DNA of 63,892 bases, filler included, from Vannella sp. (taxonomy: Eukaryota): assembly GCA_023345925.1 (NCBI GenBank). It is 6 parts of 6 records of this genome, joined end to end, with 100 filler letters (N's around TTAATTAATTAA, not from the genome) between each part and the next. Parts side by side here need not be neighbours in the genome. Positions count along the whole stretch, not along the records: positions 1 to 4,201 come from JAJQQN010001134.1; positions 4,302 to 25,071 come from JAJQQN010001213.1; 4 more parts are not named here. One strand, given 5' to 3'. Below, in pieces: positions 1 to 11,300 of this stretch (position 1 is its first letter; every line of letters starts with the position of its first letter). The position numbers were made by a program, and so were the translations under genes. Below the pieces are notes generated by a model. It saw nothing but the letters and a program-made list of their open reading frames with translations. It was not told where the DNA came from and ran no database searches.

Positions 1-406
1 ATCACTGACGGGGCCTCAGTGCGCTTCACTGTCTCACACCAGACGTAGCACTTCAATGATTATCTTTGTGAGTAAGAGAAGTATCAAGGGCATTGTTTTG
101 AGTCATTCTGGCTCTAACCCCAATGAGAGAGTTCACGGCCCAGTCAAAGAGCTGGAGTATGGATCACAGTAGAAAGTCATCCCCAATTTGACGCAGCGAC
201 TTGGTGTGTTGTAAGCCTGATGGAACGTCCCGACGAAACAGAGCAATTTCTCAAATCCGTCAGATTTTTTATTTTTTATTTTTTTATTTTTTTGTTCGAA
301 AGGGATTGGCTGATCGTCTGGTTTACTTGTCATGTTGTGATGGTGGGTCAAGAGGAAAGCTGAATGGAAGGGTAGCGTTCACATTCATTTCTTTCAGGTC
401 AACCGA

Positions 407-1071
407 ATGGAGAAGTGCCCTCGTTGCCAGAAGGCGGTGTACTTTGCAGAACGCCGCATGTATAATGGAGCGTACTATCATCAGCTTTGCTCCAACAAGC
501 AACAGGACGATGACCAGGCTGGGAAGAGACACTTCGCGTAGGTGCCCATCGTGTTGGTTCCGGCTTGGACTGATGTTGGCTCGTCTGGCGCTCGGTAGTC
601 TTCACGAGGACATCCACTGTAACCCACAAGATCGTGTTCCAGTGAACGCAGCAGGCTTGGGCATCCCTGCCTCTCCTCTTCCCTCCAAGGCTCGGGCGTG
701 TGGATCTTGCAGCTTCCAGCTGAACCAAGACTGCAAGTTCTGCCCCAACTGTGGAGCCAAAGCAGAAGAGCCCTCTGCCCCTCCTATGGTAGACCGTCCA
801 GACCCACGTGTCTTCTGCTCATGCGGAGATCGCTTCGGTGTACGTCCTTCATCCCCACCTGCTGAAGCTGGACCTTCTCACACACCCTGCAGGACCAAGC
901 CAAGTTCTGTACTTCTTGCGGAACCACTCGACCTTTGGAGTGATCCAGTTCGAAGATCCTTCGGTAAAGTCGCTTCAAGAGCAAGTTTTAGTGAAAGGGA
1001 GGGAAGCTCCACCGGCTTTGCGTGTAGAGGGCCATCTTATTCTTGTCCGTCCTTGTCATTCTATCTTCTAG
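407..1071 (+). CDS. Small zinc-finger protein: half-LIM finger + CxxC/CxxC zinc ribbon + RRM-like C-terminus (3 exons, introns 538-598 and 789-828)
   Basis: Exon 1 (absent from the ORF track) reads MEKCPRCQKAVYFAERRMYNGAYYHQLC. Exon 2 contains CGSC..CKFCPNCG. Exon 3 reads IASVYV...TFGVIQFED...VEGHLILVRP. Both introns restore frame. Confidence 0.65.
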
Positions 1072-4000
1072 CACCAACAACGAAGAGTGTTGTCGAGAGA
1101 AATACTCCAAACTTGATGGTAAAAGTGCGCCAGCCCGTTGACTGTATCCGTGTGCTCTGAAAGCTCTTCTCGAGGTAACTTACTTTCCGCATCCCAAACG
1201 ATAATGGTTTTGTCAAAGGAACCGGTCCACACCTGTCCAGAATCATTGCAAATCATGCAGTATATCCGGCTGGAATGCGCTGTTAGCACTGTATAATGAG
1301 CAGGAGAGCCATCAGAGGCCCAAACCGCAATAGAGCCATCACTGGCTCCGCTCCAAATGGTTTCATTCACTTGGACAAGAGCCAGAATTCGGACCTCAGG
1401 AAGAGTTGATATTCGAGATTTCACTTGAAGGGTGTCTGGATCGATGATAGAAATGGTATGCAATGCTGCAACCCAAACAGAACCATCTTGATGTTGGGCT
1501 ATTGCACCCAACCCTTCCCATTTCTCTTTTTTGAAGGACTCTCGACGGGTAAAGTCCTGATTCCAGATAGTGATCTCACTTTTCATATCTACTGCCCAGA
1601 TGGAGTAACCAGAGGACTTGGAAACCACGCGAATGAGCTTTCCTACTCCTCTGCTCTCTTTGTGGGAACTGATAGACCACTGAGTGATACGGTTTGAAGA
1701 GTCTTTGCTGTTCGATGGATAGACGCTCACTGTGCCATCTGCACTGCCAATCCAGATTTGGCTTTCCAAGAGTCCTCCTTCTACAGGGGGACAGCATTCC
1801 AGAGTTAGAATAGCGGAAGGATCAGCCTCCCATTGCGCATGCCGCTTTGGGTTCTAGTCATAACCAAGTCAGTTGCTACTCTTAGTCGTTTGCCATACTC
1901 ACTTGCGGATTGCTGACGTCAAAAACAATGACATCACCGTTCAGACAGCCAATCCATATCCGTTTGCCAATCTTGTCAGCAACAATTGCGCTTGGAGCAG
2001 CGTCAATATCATTGGAGAGCTCGAACTTCTTCACGCATTGACTATGGTTTTCAATGTTCTCCATTATTTGAGGCTTTTTACGGTAATCAATAGCAAAGGA
2101 GAGCCGTGATGCCCTGTGACTGATACCTCCAGAAGAGAATTCTCTTTCAGGAGCCAATTGTTCAGTAATGCTCTCAAACGTCGGCCTGTCTGATGGGGAA
2201 TGACTCCAGCATTTGCAAACAAGCTCTTTGAGCATTTCAGGACAAGAAGAAGGAAGGGAAGGCCTCAACTGATCTTTTTCAATGGCTCTCTTGATCATTG
2301 TCTCATTAAACACGAGAGCGCCGTTTGGATTCGTGTAGGTGTAGGAAGGATTTGATAGAAACTCATCAAACGGAAACCCCAGAGTGAGCATCTCCCAAAG
2401 CACTATTCCAAAACTGTACACATCTGCTTTCTCGTCATACTCTACCTTTGCTCCGTCTGTTCCGAGAGTTTCTGGCGCCATCCATTGATAGGTGCTTAAG
2501 GTTTCGCCCATCTGAGAGCTTGATTTCATCCGAGAGAGTCCAAAATCGGCAATCTTTGCAGAGACGCCTGTCCCTTTTTCCAAGGACATTAACTAGGACG
2601 AGCGTTAGTTCATGAAAGATAGAAGAGAAGGAGAACGCACAAATATGTTGGGACTGCGAAGGTCACGGTGGATGATTGGAGGTGAGATGGAGTGCAAGTG
2701 ATTCATCCCAACTGCAACATCGTAAGCTATTTGAGTGATTAACCAAGGCTCTAAAGGCACGCCATTTTGCGAGGTGATCAGTTGTTTGAGATCACCGCAC
2801 GGCACAAACTCCATTAAGAGTCTGGGAGGTTTGCTCAGACACACCCCAAAGAGAGAGACCAAATTGGGGTGTTGCAGGAAGCTCATCATGTAAGCCTCTC
2901 TGAGAAACTCGCCAAAAGCTTCCACTTGGTCTCTTTCTGAGTTGTTATCTGCAATGAGCTCTTTGATAGCAATCGCCTTTTTACCGTCTAATAGCCCCAA
3001 ATAGACGCACCCGAATCCTCCTTGGCCGAGTAGGCGAGTGACTGTAAACTTGTCTTCGGGAATTTGAGGAATATCGGCAAAACCAAGATCGGGAGCGAGA
3101 GTATCAACGCGGACACATCGCGTGGATGACTCAATATGATTGCAAAAGAGGAACGGCTTGCCTTCAGTGACTGCACGAAAGCATTCGTCGTATTGGAAAA
3201 GGAAAATATTCCCTGTGAGCACTCGCAAGTTAATGCAGTGGACACAAGGTACCAGCCTCGAGATATTATACAAAAGGTGAGGAAACGAGGTTCGGAGAAT
3301 CCCCTCAAGGATCTGGCATACTGAAAGCATCATTCCAGCACTACAGACTTGAGAGTTTGGGTAACGCACTCGTATGTGAATCTGGTAACGTTTCCGATCG
3401 ATTGAGTGCGTGATTAAAACATCTTGTTCGCCAACACCAAAGAAGACACCTTCTTTCCAGATAGTGAAACGAGATACATCAGGAGTGTGAAGAACCTCCT
3501 TTTGAAGGAGAAAGAAAAGGGATGGCACGGTCTCATCATATTGATAGATTCTCTGACACTCCCACGTTCCCAAGGGAGCCCAAGTAGGCCATTGGGACCC
3601 GAATCCATCCGGCTTAGCTTCTGCCAGTAAACTTGGAATCTGATAATCAATTGTAAGTTAGCAAAGAGAGAAGAGAATGTTGAAACTCACAATCAGACTA
3701 TTTGGAAGCCGTTGGATGACGTCGAACTCCTCAAGAACCAACAGGAGGTCTTCGAGAAATGCTGGAGGATGTTCTCCCAAGTGCTCAATCAAATGCTGCC
3801 GCGTAATGAGGCTTCCTTGGGTAAGGGAAGGATTTGAAGGGTCAAGAACACGTTTGAGCAAGAGGTTCCACCAGGATAAGTCTCTGACAAGAAGAAAGCG
3901 GCCTTTCGAGTGGAGAGGAAAGGTAATTATGCTCATAAAACTCTCCAAAAATATAAGGCAATCGCTCATTTGCTCCTCTGGGATGCACAAAGTCTCAAGC

Positions 4001-4201
4001 GCATGAGCTAAGTCTTCTTTGAGTAAATAAGGAGTCACCTCGTTTGCAAGATATTCGCGAAAGAGCAACCAGGACGGATTCGTCATCTTTGGAAATAAAC
4101 GGTCAGCAAAGCTAGGATGATTGACAAGCTTTGCGAGCCTTTCTCGGAGATTGAAAATTTGAGAACTGCTCGAACTATCCACAGCGAAGATGTTGTCTGG
4201 A
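1068..4201 (-). CDS. Roco-family protein kinase, 5'-partial (COR - TKL kinase - WD40), resembling Dictyostelium Pats1/Roco4-type proteins
   Basis: COR-like region spliced to IPSLL; kinase motifs GQGGFG, AIK, HRDLRSPN, DFG, WMAPE; C-terminal WD40-like repeats (IWIGSADG, VWTGSFDKTIIVWD). Introns at 3640-3690, 2593-2640 and about 1854-1902. Runs off the contig edge. Confidence 0.88.
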
Positions 4202-4301
4202 NNNNNNNNNNNNNNNNNNNNNNNNNNNNNNNNNNNNNNNNNNNNTTAATTAATTAANNNNNNNNNNNNNNNNNNNNNNNNNNNNNNNNNNNNNNNNNNN
4301 N
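4202..4301. other. Artificial contig-joining spacer
   Basis: 44 N + TTAATTAATTAA (stops in all six frames) + 44 N. Confidence 0.98.
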
Positions 4302-4375
4302 GCTTTCCAGAAGGTCTTGCCAAGTCTGTGGACTTCCACGACTGAGTTATTCCTCTCCTGGTGCAGGCAGAGCAC

Positions 4376-5218
4376 ATGAGTCTTTGGCGTGTGGTGGTGG
4401 TTCTGGTGCTTGTATCGTTGAGTCTTGCTCAGAGTGCTGGTGGTCATGGTGGTGGCAGTCATGGTGGCGGCAGTCATGGAGGCGGTTATCGTGCTCCCGT
4501 TCATGGTGGCAGTGGCGCTGCTACTCCTGCTACACCCGCTGATATTGCTTTAGCTTTTGGTCTAGTGGGGATCATTTTCGTGGTGGTGATCTTACTCGTA
4601 TGCCTCCTCTTTATGACCGATGCGTGCACAAAGTTCATTTACTACCGATGCATGGCGCGTAAGGCTCGCAAGGGACACTTAGCATGCGTCCAAGGTTACG
4701 CAGGCGCTGAAGAGCTTCCTCTCCCTCGAAGTGGACTCTTCAAAGGAGAGTTCCAGCAAGGATCCACCAAAAGTCCGATAGAAGTGCATCTGAACTTTCT
4801 CAAAAGAAAGGATCTCAGGTTGGCAGGTCACCCAGTGGCTCTCTACGAAGTGATTGGAGAAGGAACGGACAGTTTCGGAACTTGGAAGATCCAACGAGGG
4901 GAGTGTCGCGTGGGAAGCTCTGTGGTTCTCGCATTCTACAAGAAGTACATTACTTCTAGCGCACCTACAACCAATTATCAGAGACTCATGTACGTGTGTC
5001 ACATGCAACTGGAGGACTGGACCGGCTCTTCTTTTTCTGGAACTTGGGAGTTTGTCAAAAGAGCCACTCCTAGAGATCTCACTCCAATGACCGGTCAGTG
5101 GTCCATCCAGTTCTCTTCTGCATCCTCTGGGCAAAGTTTTGGAACTCCTACTGACTCCACCCCCCTTCTTGGCAACATCAATTTGACAAAGGGGAACCCT
5201 CTTCCTCTTCCAGTGTAG
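4376..5218 (+). CDS. Type I membrane protein: signal peptide, Gly/His-rich ectodomain, one TM, cytosolic beta-rich domain of unknown function
   Basis: Hydrophobic N-terminus MSLWRVVVVLVLVSLSLA; GGHGGGSHGGGSHGGG; TM IALAFGLVGIIFVVVILLVCLLF; DSTPLL near the C-terminus; intronless ORF. Confidence 0.7.
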   Translation: MSLWRVVVVLVLVSLSLAQSAGGHGGGSHGGGSHGGGYRAPVHGGSGAATPATPADIALAFGLVGIIFVVVILLVCLLFMTDACTKFIYYRCMARKARKGHLACVQGYAGAEELPLPRSGLFKGEFQQGSTKSPIEVHLNFLKRKDLRLAGHPVALYEVIGEGTDSFGTWKIQRGECRVGSSVVLAFYKKYITSSAPTTNYQRLMYVCHMQLEDWTGSSFSGTWEFVKRATPRDLTPMTGQWSIQFSSASSGQSFGTPTDSTPLLGNINLTKGNPLPLPV

Positions 5219-5660
5219 TTCTCCAAAACGCATCAGAATCTCTAAATAGTGAACTACGACCAACCTGGTCGTCAGATGAGAGAACTCTTTGGGGACTATT
5301 TGATCGTCGAGGGGTGTACCAAGAAGAGTGGAAGGGTGGATAGTGGGGTTGCACTTTGGAAGAGGATCTGGGCACCTTGAGGGCTCAACACCAAGGGAAT
5401 ACCCGAAGGTTGGTGCCGGTTTGAGGGTTTGTGAGGTCAAATAGAAGCGGCAGTTTCCAGCTCAAAGGAGAAGCCTAACCGCCTCTTTATCGAAAGCACT
5501 TTGGAAGAAGGAGAGGGCAAGACTGGATTAGGTCGAAAAGGAACGCCATGATTGGCGAATACAGATGCGGAATGGGCAATATGGGAGATGTATGGTAGAT
5601 ATCGATATGAATACAAATGGTGGCGGTATAGACATGAGGGGAGAAGGATTTGGAGGACAA

Positions 5661-7265
5661 TCAGAGACCATCCTTGCGAATGGACCGAGCAAACCGGTCA
5701 AAGCCTCGTCGAAGTGAGGGAACGGAAGTGGTTCTTTCCAATTGAACCTCTTCTGAAGAGTCTTGGTTCTTCGAGCGGCCTAAGAAGGCAGTAATTCCTC
5801 GGGGGGAAGGCATCCTTTTACTTCGGATTGGGCTACTGCTGCTAATCGCTCTTCCTCGGCGGCGGATAGTGAGGTGGTGATCTACCCCGTCTTCTGAGAT
5901 AATGCTACTCTCAGAGTCACTTTCGCCGATGGAGCTTAGCCAAGATTTGCTCTTCCTTCGGGGTGCATCTGGAACGGCAGTGCCAACTGGATAGACTTTG
6001 AGAGAGAGCTGGTACAACTCTTCGTCTTCCATGATTCCTTCCATGTTGTACCAGAAGAATTCAAGGCGCCCGTCAATCTCGAACTGATAAGGAAGAGATT
6101 GATACTTCTTGAACTTCAATTGCAGCTCCCCAAAGAGGCTCAATCGGTCAGGATTGATAGTGGAAGTGCTGGTTGTCTTCGGATTACCATCAAAGACATA
6201 CGTTACATCCTTCAGGAACAGACCAACGTAGGGCAAGATCGGCAAAGGGGACAGCTCAAGACCTGCCAAATGCGCTCGATAAGCAGCAAAGTTGCTTAAC
6301 GGAGAGAACAAGTCATCCAGCTCTTGGAACTTGAGCATAGCAGAAGGACTTACTCGAGACCACACCGCTTTGAGACGCCGAACTGCCATCACATTCAAGC
6401 CAGCAAGAATCTGGAGGCTGGTATTGAGATTTCCCATCTTGAATGTGTTCTAGAATCTTATCAGCCCGATTCCAGAGGCTCGCTTAGACTCACATTCATG
6501 ATTGCAATGAACTTCTCAACAATGGAAGCTCGAGCTTTTGATTTTGCAGTAGCTACAACGCAGGTTGCAACCCAGAAGCTGACCTTCATCGAATCCGTCA
6601 ATATGGCCTCTCTTGGAGTACTGGAAGAGCGTACCTGATTGAATCTCTCGGAGAGCTTGGTGAGGAATGGTGCCTCAGAGGCTTTTTGTGGACTCTGCCA
6701 AGCCATGCCGATGAATTCTGTGTGGCGAACTTTCGAGAAAAGGCCCCATTCAGACATTGTCAGATGCCTAGCAACCGCGCGGGAGTCCCAGTCAAGCAAT
6801 TGCTTGTTGACAGGAACTGGCTTGACTGCTAACGAGGCCAATGGGTTGATCCTCTCTCCTGACACAAGCTTGTTCATGACGATTTCGCGTTTGCTGGGAT
6901 CTAAGACCACCACATCGATGAGCTTTGCCATCGACACGCGAAGGATCTTGTCTCTGACGATCTCGGGGCGTTCCATGTCCAGCCACATCCCCAGAAAGTA
7001 AGGGAATCTAATCTTCTGAGTGAGAACAGATCACAAAGCAGTGCATGGTTGACCTACTTTAGTTGGAGGCGCCCTCTCACATCGCCCTTAGCAGAGTACT
7101 TGTGGATGTCTTGGATGATTTGGATCAGCTCCAATGGGGTGCAGTACATGCGATAGCCGCAGAAGAAGGCGTTGACCTTTCTCCTTCCTGAAGTTTGTGT
7201 GAGGTTAGAGAACCAACAGAGTCCATCCATGTCTTACCTTCGGAGCGATTGCTTCTCATGAACAT
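5661..7265 (-). CDS. RasGEF (REM + CDC25 domain), multi-exon; start codon uncertain
   Basis: REM-like AFFCGYRMYCTPLELI...FLGMWL; CDC25 motifs VARHLTMSE, FNQVSFWVAT (after removing intron 6584-6634), GNLNT, RRLKAVW, ILPYVGLFLKDVTYVFDGNP. Confidence 0.88.
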
Positions 7266-7458
7266 ACCGTAGACGTGTTTGCTCCAATCTGAGTCGTAAG
7301 GATAGGCCTCGCTTGAGCCAACAGAGATGGAGGGAGAGGCCCCCACAACGGTCAACCCTTTGTTGCTCGACAGAGAACGTTTGATTGCTTTCGACTTGAA
7401 CCCAATGGAAGAGAACAAAGCAGAGGTTCTCGACAAAGTGGTCGATTTGGTCCTCTGT

Positions 7459-7781
7459 CCCACTCAACCACGTCCGCTGGCCACGGTTGAAAAGTGCCTC
7501 TAAATTCGATCCGGACCTTTTATGTGTTTTGGTCGAGGTACTTTTTCGGTTCATTTGACCATCCTCTCAAGCGAAGGAAAAGTGGCCCTCTTAAAAACAA
7601 ATGAAATCATCATTTGCATTGGAGCCAGTCGAATTTAGAAGCACTTTTCAACGGAGGACAGCGGACGTGGTTGACTGGGGCGGTGAAATCTCTCTTTTGA
7701 GAGGGCTACTTTTCCATTGTTTGATCCGGATGGTCAAATGAACCCAAAAAGCACCTCAACTACAACATCAAAAAAAGCTCC
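7459..7781. repeat. Interleaved double inverted repeat (A-B-A'-B') related to the TIR element at 32245-33113
   Basis: 7459-7509 is the reverse complement of 7629-7679 (46/51 identical by hand). About 7520-7591 is an imperfect reverse complement of about 7700-7770. Confidence 0.9.
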
Positions 7782-7910
7782 AACCAATACCTCACTCCTG
7801 GGAGGCGCACAATGCCGGTCGAAAAATGATAAAGCGCGGAAAAATTGATCGTGCGAATCTGATTTCTTCGAAACGATTCGCGCCTTCCTGCTTACTCTTC
7901 ATTTTTTCTA

Positions 7911-8273
7911 ATGACCAGGAGAATGATAGTCCCAGAAGAGGTCCCCTCGTCTCCCCCTCTCCAGTTCTTGCATGAAGAACTCAACATGTCACTCCTTCCG
8001 TTTGCAAGTGATCAGGCGATCAAGGCGTTTACGCTCACTTATAGCCAACTATGCAGCTTAGACTTTTCGCAAATCAACCAGCTGCGGCGTGCCACTTTGG
8101 AGGCGAAGTTCGCGGATCGAAAGAACGTTCCAAACTCATTCAAACGGATCACTGAAACCCTTCAAACCAATGCACCTCAAGCACCTCCCTCCATCCTTGC
8201 CAAGCGCACTCGAGCTGCGATGCCAAACTCTGAAGATTCTGAAGAACAGGACTTGAAAAGGCAACGAAAGTAA
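7911..8273 (+). CDS. Hypothetical 120-aa protein with basic C-terminal NLS-like tail (LKRQRK)
   Basis: ATG-started ORF filling the gap before the VPS13 3' end; no recognisable domain. Confidence 0.45.
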   Translation: MTRRMIVPEEVPSSPPLQFLHEELNMSLLPFASDQAIKAFTLTYSQLCSLDFSQINQLRRATLEAKFADRKNVPNSFKRITETLQTNAPQAPPSILAKRTRAAMPNSEDSEEQDLKRQRK

Positions 8274-8312
8274 GGCCTGTATGAGTGCAAGTTGTATTTT
8301 TCGCATTTAAAT

Positions 8313-11300
8313 CTAATGGAAAGATCCGCTGGAGAAGGCCAGGTCGTCATCATCTTGATCAAATCGGCGGATCATGTTGATAGTAAATGTGAGTTTCTCT
8401 TCCAACCATTCTGCTGTTGCCTGGCACATATTCAACTGGAACACTTGGGTGGGTGCGCTACCCTTTGCTTGGCCAATCAAGCGATTAAGTCCAGATTCGG
8501 ATGACAGCTTTGGGTTCATCTCGACTTGAATGCAGTCTCCCTTTGATTGGACTTTCTTGATATCTACAGAATTGGTTAGAAGAGGAAGGAAAACATCAAC
8601 GAAGCATACCAGAAAGGAGGCACGACCAGATAGTGGAAAACTCTGGCAAGAGAGAAATAGAGAAAAGGTGCCTGTTGGAGAAGAGAACAATGCAGTCTTG
8701 GCTAGAAACGCAATGGAAGAGGTGCCACTCCTGCGCAAACTGCCCGTTATCTAGGTACCTCAGCAGAGACTGTCCGAGAGCTTTTTCCGGATCATACATT
8801 CTTAAAAGTCGGTCTGGCCCAAAACCACGAGGAGGGCGAACGCGACTAACAACTTGGTTATTTAACGCGTAGTTGGTGATACCTTGAGTAGCGCGAGTAG
8901 CCATATCAAAGAAACCAACGCCTGGTTTGACTGCAGCGCCTATCACACCTTTGCCCATTCCTTTCACGAATCCTTGAACGCCATCACGCTTAGCACCATC
9001 CAAGGGTGAGGTAAAGAAGCCAGTAAATCCTTTTTTGAAGCCACTACCCAGCTCGCGAGCGCCCCAAATCATGCCCTCTCCCATGTGCTTGGGTTTTTCG
9101 CGAACAGTTCGGTCTCGCGATCTGACGTAGTCCTTGTCGAAAGTCAGCTGTGCCACACCTTTGCTGAGAGTCCCAGTAATCTTTGAGGCAGTTCCGAAGA
9201 TTCCTACAACCGAGTTTTTGATGAGAGAGCTTGAACCTTTGCCAACGCCGAGAACAAAGTCCATTGGACTTTGAACAAACCCTCTTGCAGGCTCGTAGAA
9301 GAAATCGTGGACTCCAGTTCCCAGATTACTGACAAGACTGACTGGATTGCCAATGATGTCAAAAGAGCCTACGATTTTGTACATCTCGTAGAGCAATTGA
9401 TGGTAGTAGTGCTTGGAGATACGCCCAATCATCTCTGTTCTTGTGTCAAAGGAATTCTCGAGCATTAGAGCTCGAAGAGAGATCGGTGCATCTTCAATGT
9501 TGCCGACGGTGACACCGATTGCTGCGAGAATCGATTGAACTGGATTTGAGTCAGAGGATTGGTACTGAGCGCGAACATCACCACTTGAAGAGAAACTGAA
9601 AGTGACGTTGCATTTGATAGGATTGATGTGTAAAAGGACAAAATACAGCTTCTTGGCGTTTTCTGTTGGCGCCACGAGCAACTCCTCCTTCTCTAATTGT
9701 TCCACTGGATCAGTATCAGTGCTATTGAGCTGGAAATCAAGGAATCGGAGAAGTCGATTGATAATGGTGTCGTCCATTCGGAGGTCCAGTTCCTGCACTA
9801 AGAAAGAGAAGTAGTGGAAATAGTCAATTGATGTGTAAAAGTTCGACTTGACTAATGACAAGTGGAAGAAATCAGCGTTTGGATCTCCTTTACCAGAGCT
9901 TCGACAAAGGATAACAGGAAACAGAGCCATCGTCAATTGGTTGTCGACTTGGAAGCGGCACACTCTCAATTCAGCGCGTAACTGCTTTTGAGACACCGAA
10001 TAGTCAACCCAAAGGCCACTTGCGGACAAATAAACAAACTCTGTGGGAGTGTCGTCGATGAAAGAGACTCCGATACCCGGCAAGTCCACCACAATCTGTA
10101 ATGTGATGGTACCTTCAGCATCTTGTTCTGCTTGGAGGTTCATAATCTGACTGTTTTGTATGGATTCTTCTTGTGCATCAGTCAGCTTGAGGATACGAGT
10201 TGGCCCATCAGCAGAGACATCTCCAATGATGTGATAAACCTTTCGATCATGGAAGAAAGGAATGGCAGAATGCTTCTTAATCTTGTCCAGGTTGAAAGAG
10301 GCTTTAAACTCACTGTCAGCCTCTCCCTCAATGACGAGTTTGTGAGCAGCACTAAGTAGATCCCACGTGTAAGGGATTTTCTGATTGGGCTTAATCTCTT
10401 GTCGGGTAGTCTTTGTGTCTTTCTTGCCCACCTTTTGGTAATACCAAAGGGTAAATAAAGTCTGATTCTCTATCAAATAAGGAGGAACGTCAACCGCTTC
10501 TGGTTTGAATACAACCAAGAAGGTTGCCTGTTGCAACTGGACCTCCACTCGAGCAAGATATGTTCGTCCGTGAGGATCTGCAACTGTGGGCCGTTGCTTG
10601 ATTTTGACAGCAAACTCAGCAATGTTTTCAATAGTGAATTCACTAGACCAAGTGTGTTGAGGGGAAAATGTGATACTCAATCCAAAGGGTTTGTCGCGGT
10701 TGAGCCAGTGGAAGGCTAAACTTTTTCCTGGAGGAAGGAGAAGTCCAAAATCTGTGTTGACTTGTCGGTAATAAAGGTTCCTTTCAATCCTGTTGATGAG
10801 AATAAAACGTGGACGGAAAGTAATCGTCTTTGTGCGACGGAAACGCCCTCTTTGGAGTTCAATCCCAACACCCAAGTTGAATTGGATCCGACTTCCTTTG
10901 TGGTCAGAGATTGCCAAAGAACCGTCCGTTCCGACTGATTCTAAACTAATAGGCTTTGACCAGCGAGAGTTCGCAACTTTGAGGCTCGTCATATTGATGA
11001 ATGCATCGTTGGTATGGTACGAATACATGTATGGTTTGCTTCTCTCTGCAATGGCCGCCTCATCATTATACCAAAGGGATGGATCTGCAGATAACGGTGG
11101 ACAGTCATCCTCATTCTGATTGGGAGCAAAGCTTGTGTGTCCGAGTACCTTGCGGGCATAATGCAGCGAGAGGCCGGTCTGATTAATAAGCCAATACTTA
11201 GCGTAGAGAGAAGAGACACAACTTGAATCACACCTAGAGTTCTCCAAATAAACAATCAGCTCGTGGTTCTTCGCATCCACCAAGGTAAAATCAATCACCC

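Noticed and set aside
201..1160. 319-aa + ORF as a single gene
   Set aside because: It starts at a non-ATG codon and crosses a poly-T tract. Only 599-788 looks coding, and the spliced model from ATG 407 explains the region better.
7234..7554. 106-aa - ORF as the RasGEF N-terminus
   Set aside because: Its first third is the A/B repeat sequence and it is out of frame with the REM exon.
7671..7684. TTGACTGGGGCGGT resembles a conserved LSU rRNA segment (rRNA fragment or snoRNA guide)
   Set aside because: Only about 14 nt, flanks do not continue as rRNA, and the other copies of the repeat carry a different base (TTGAGTGGG).
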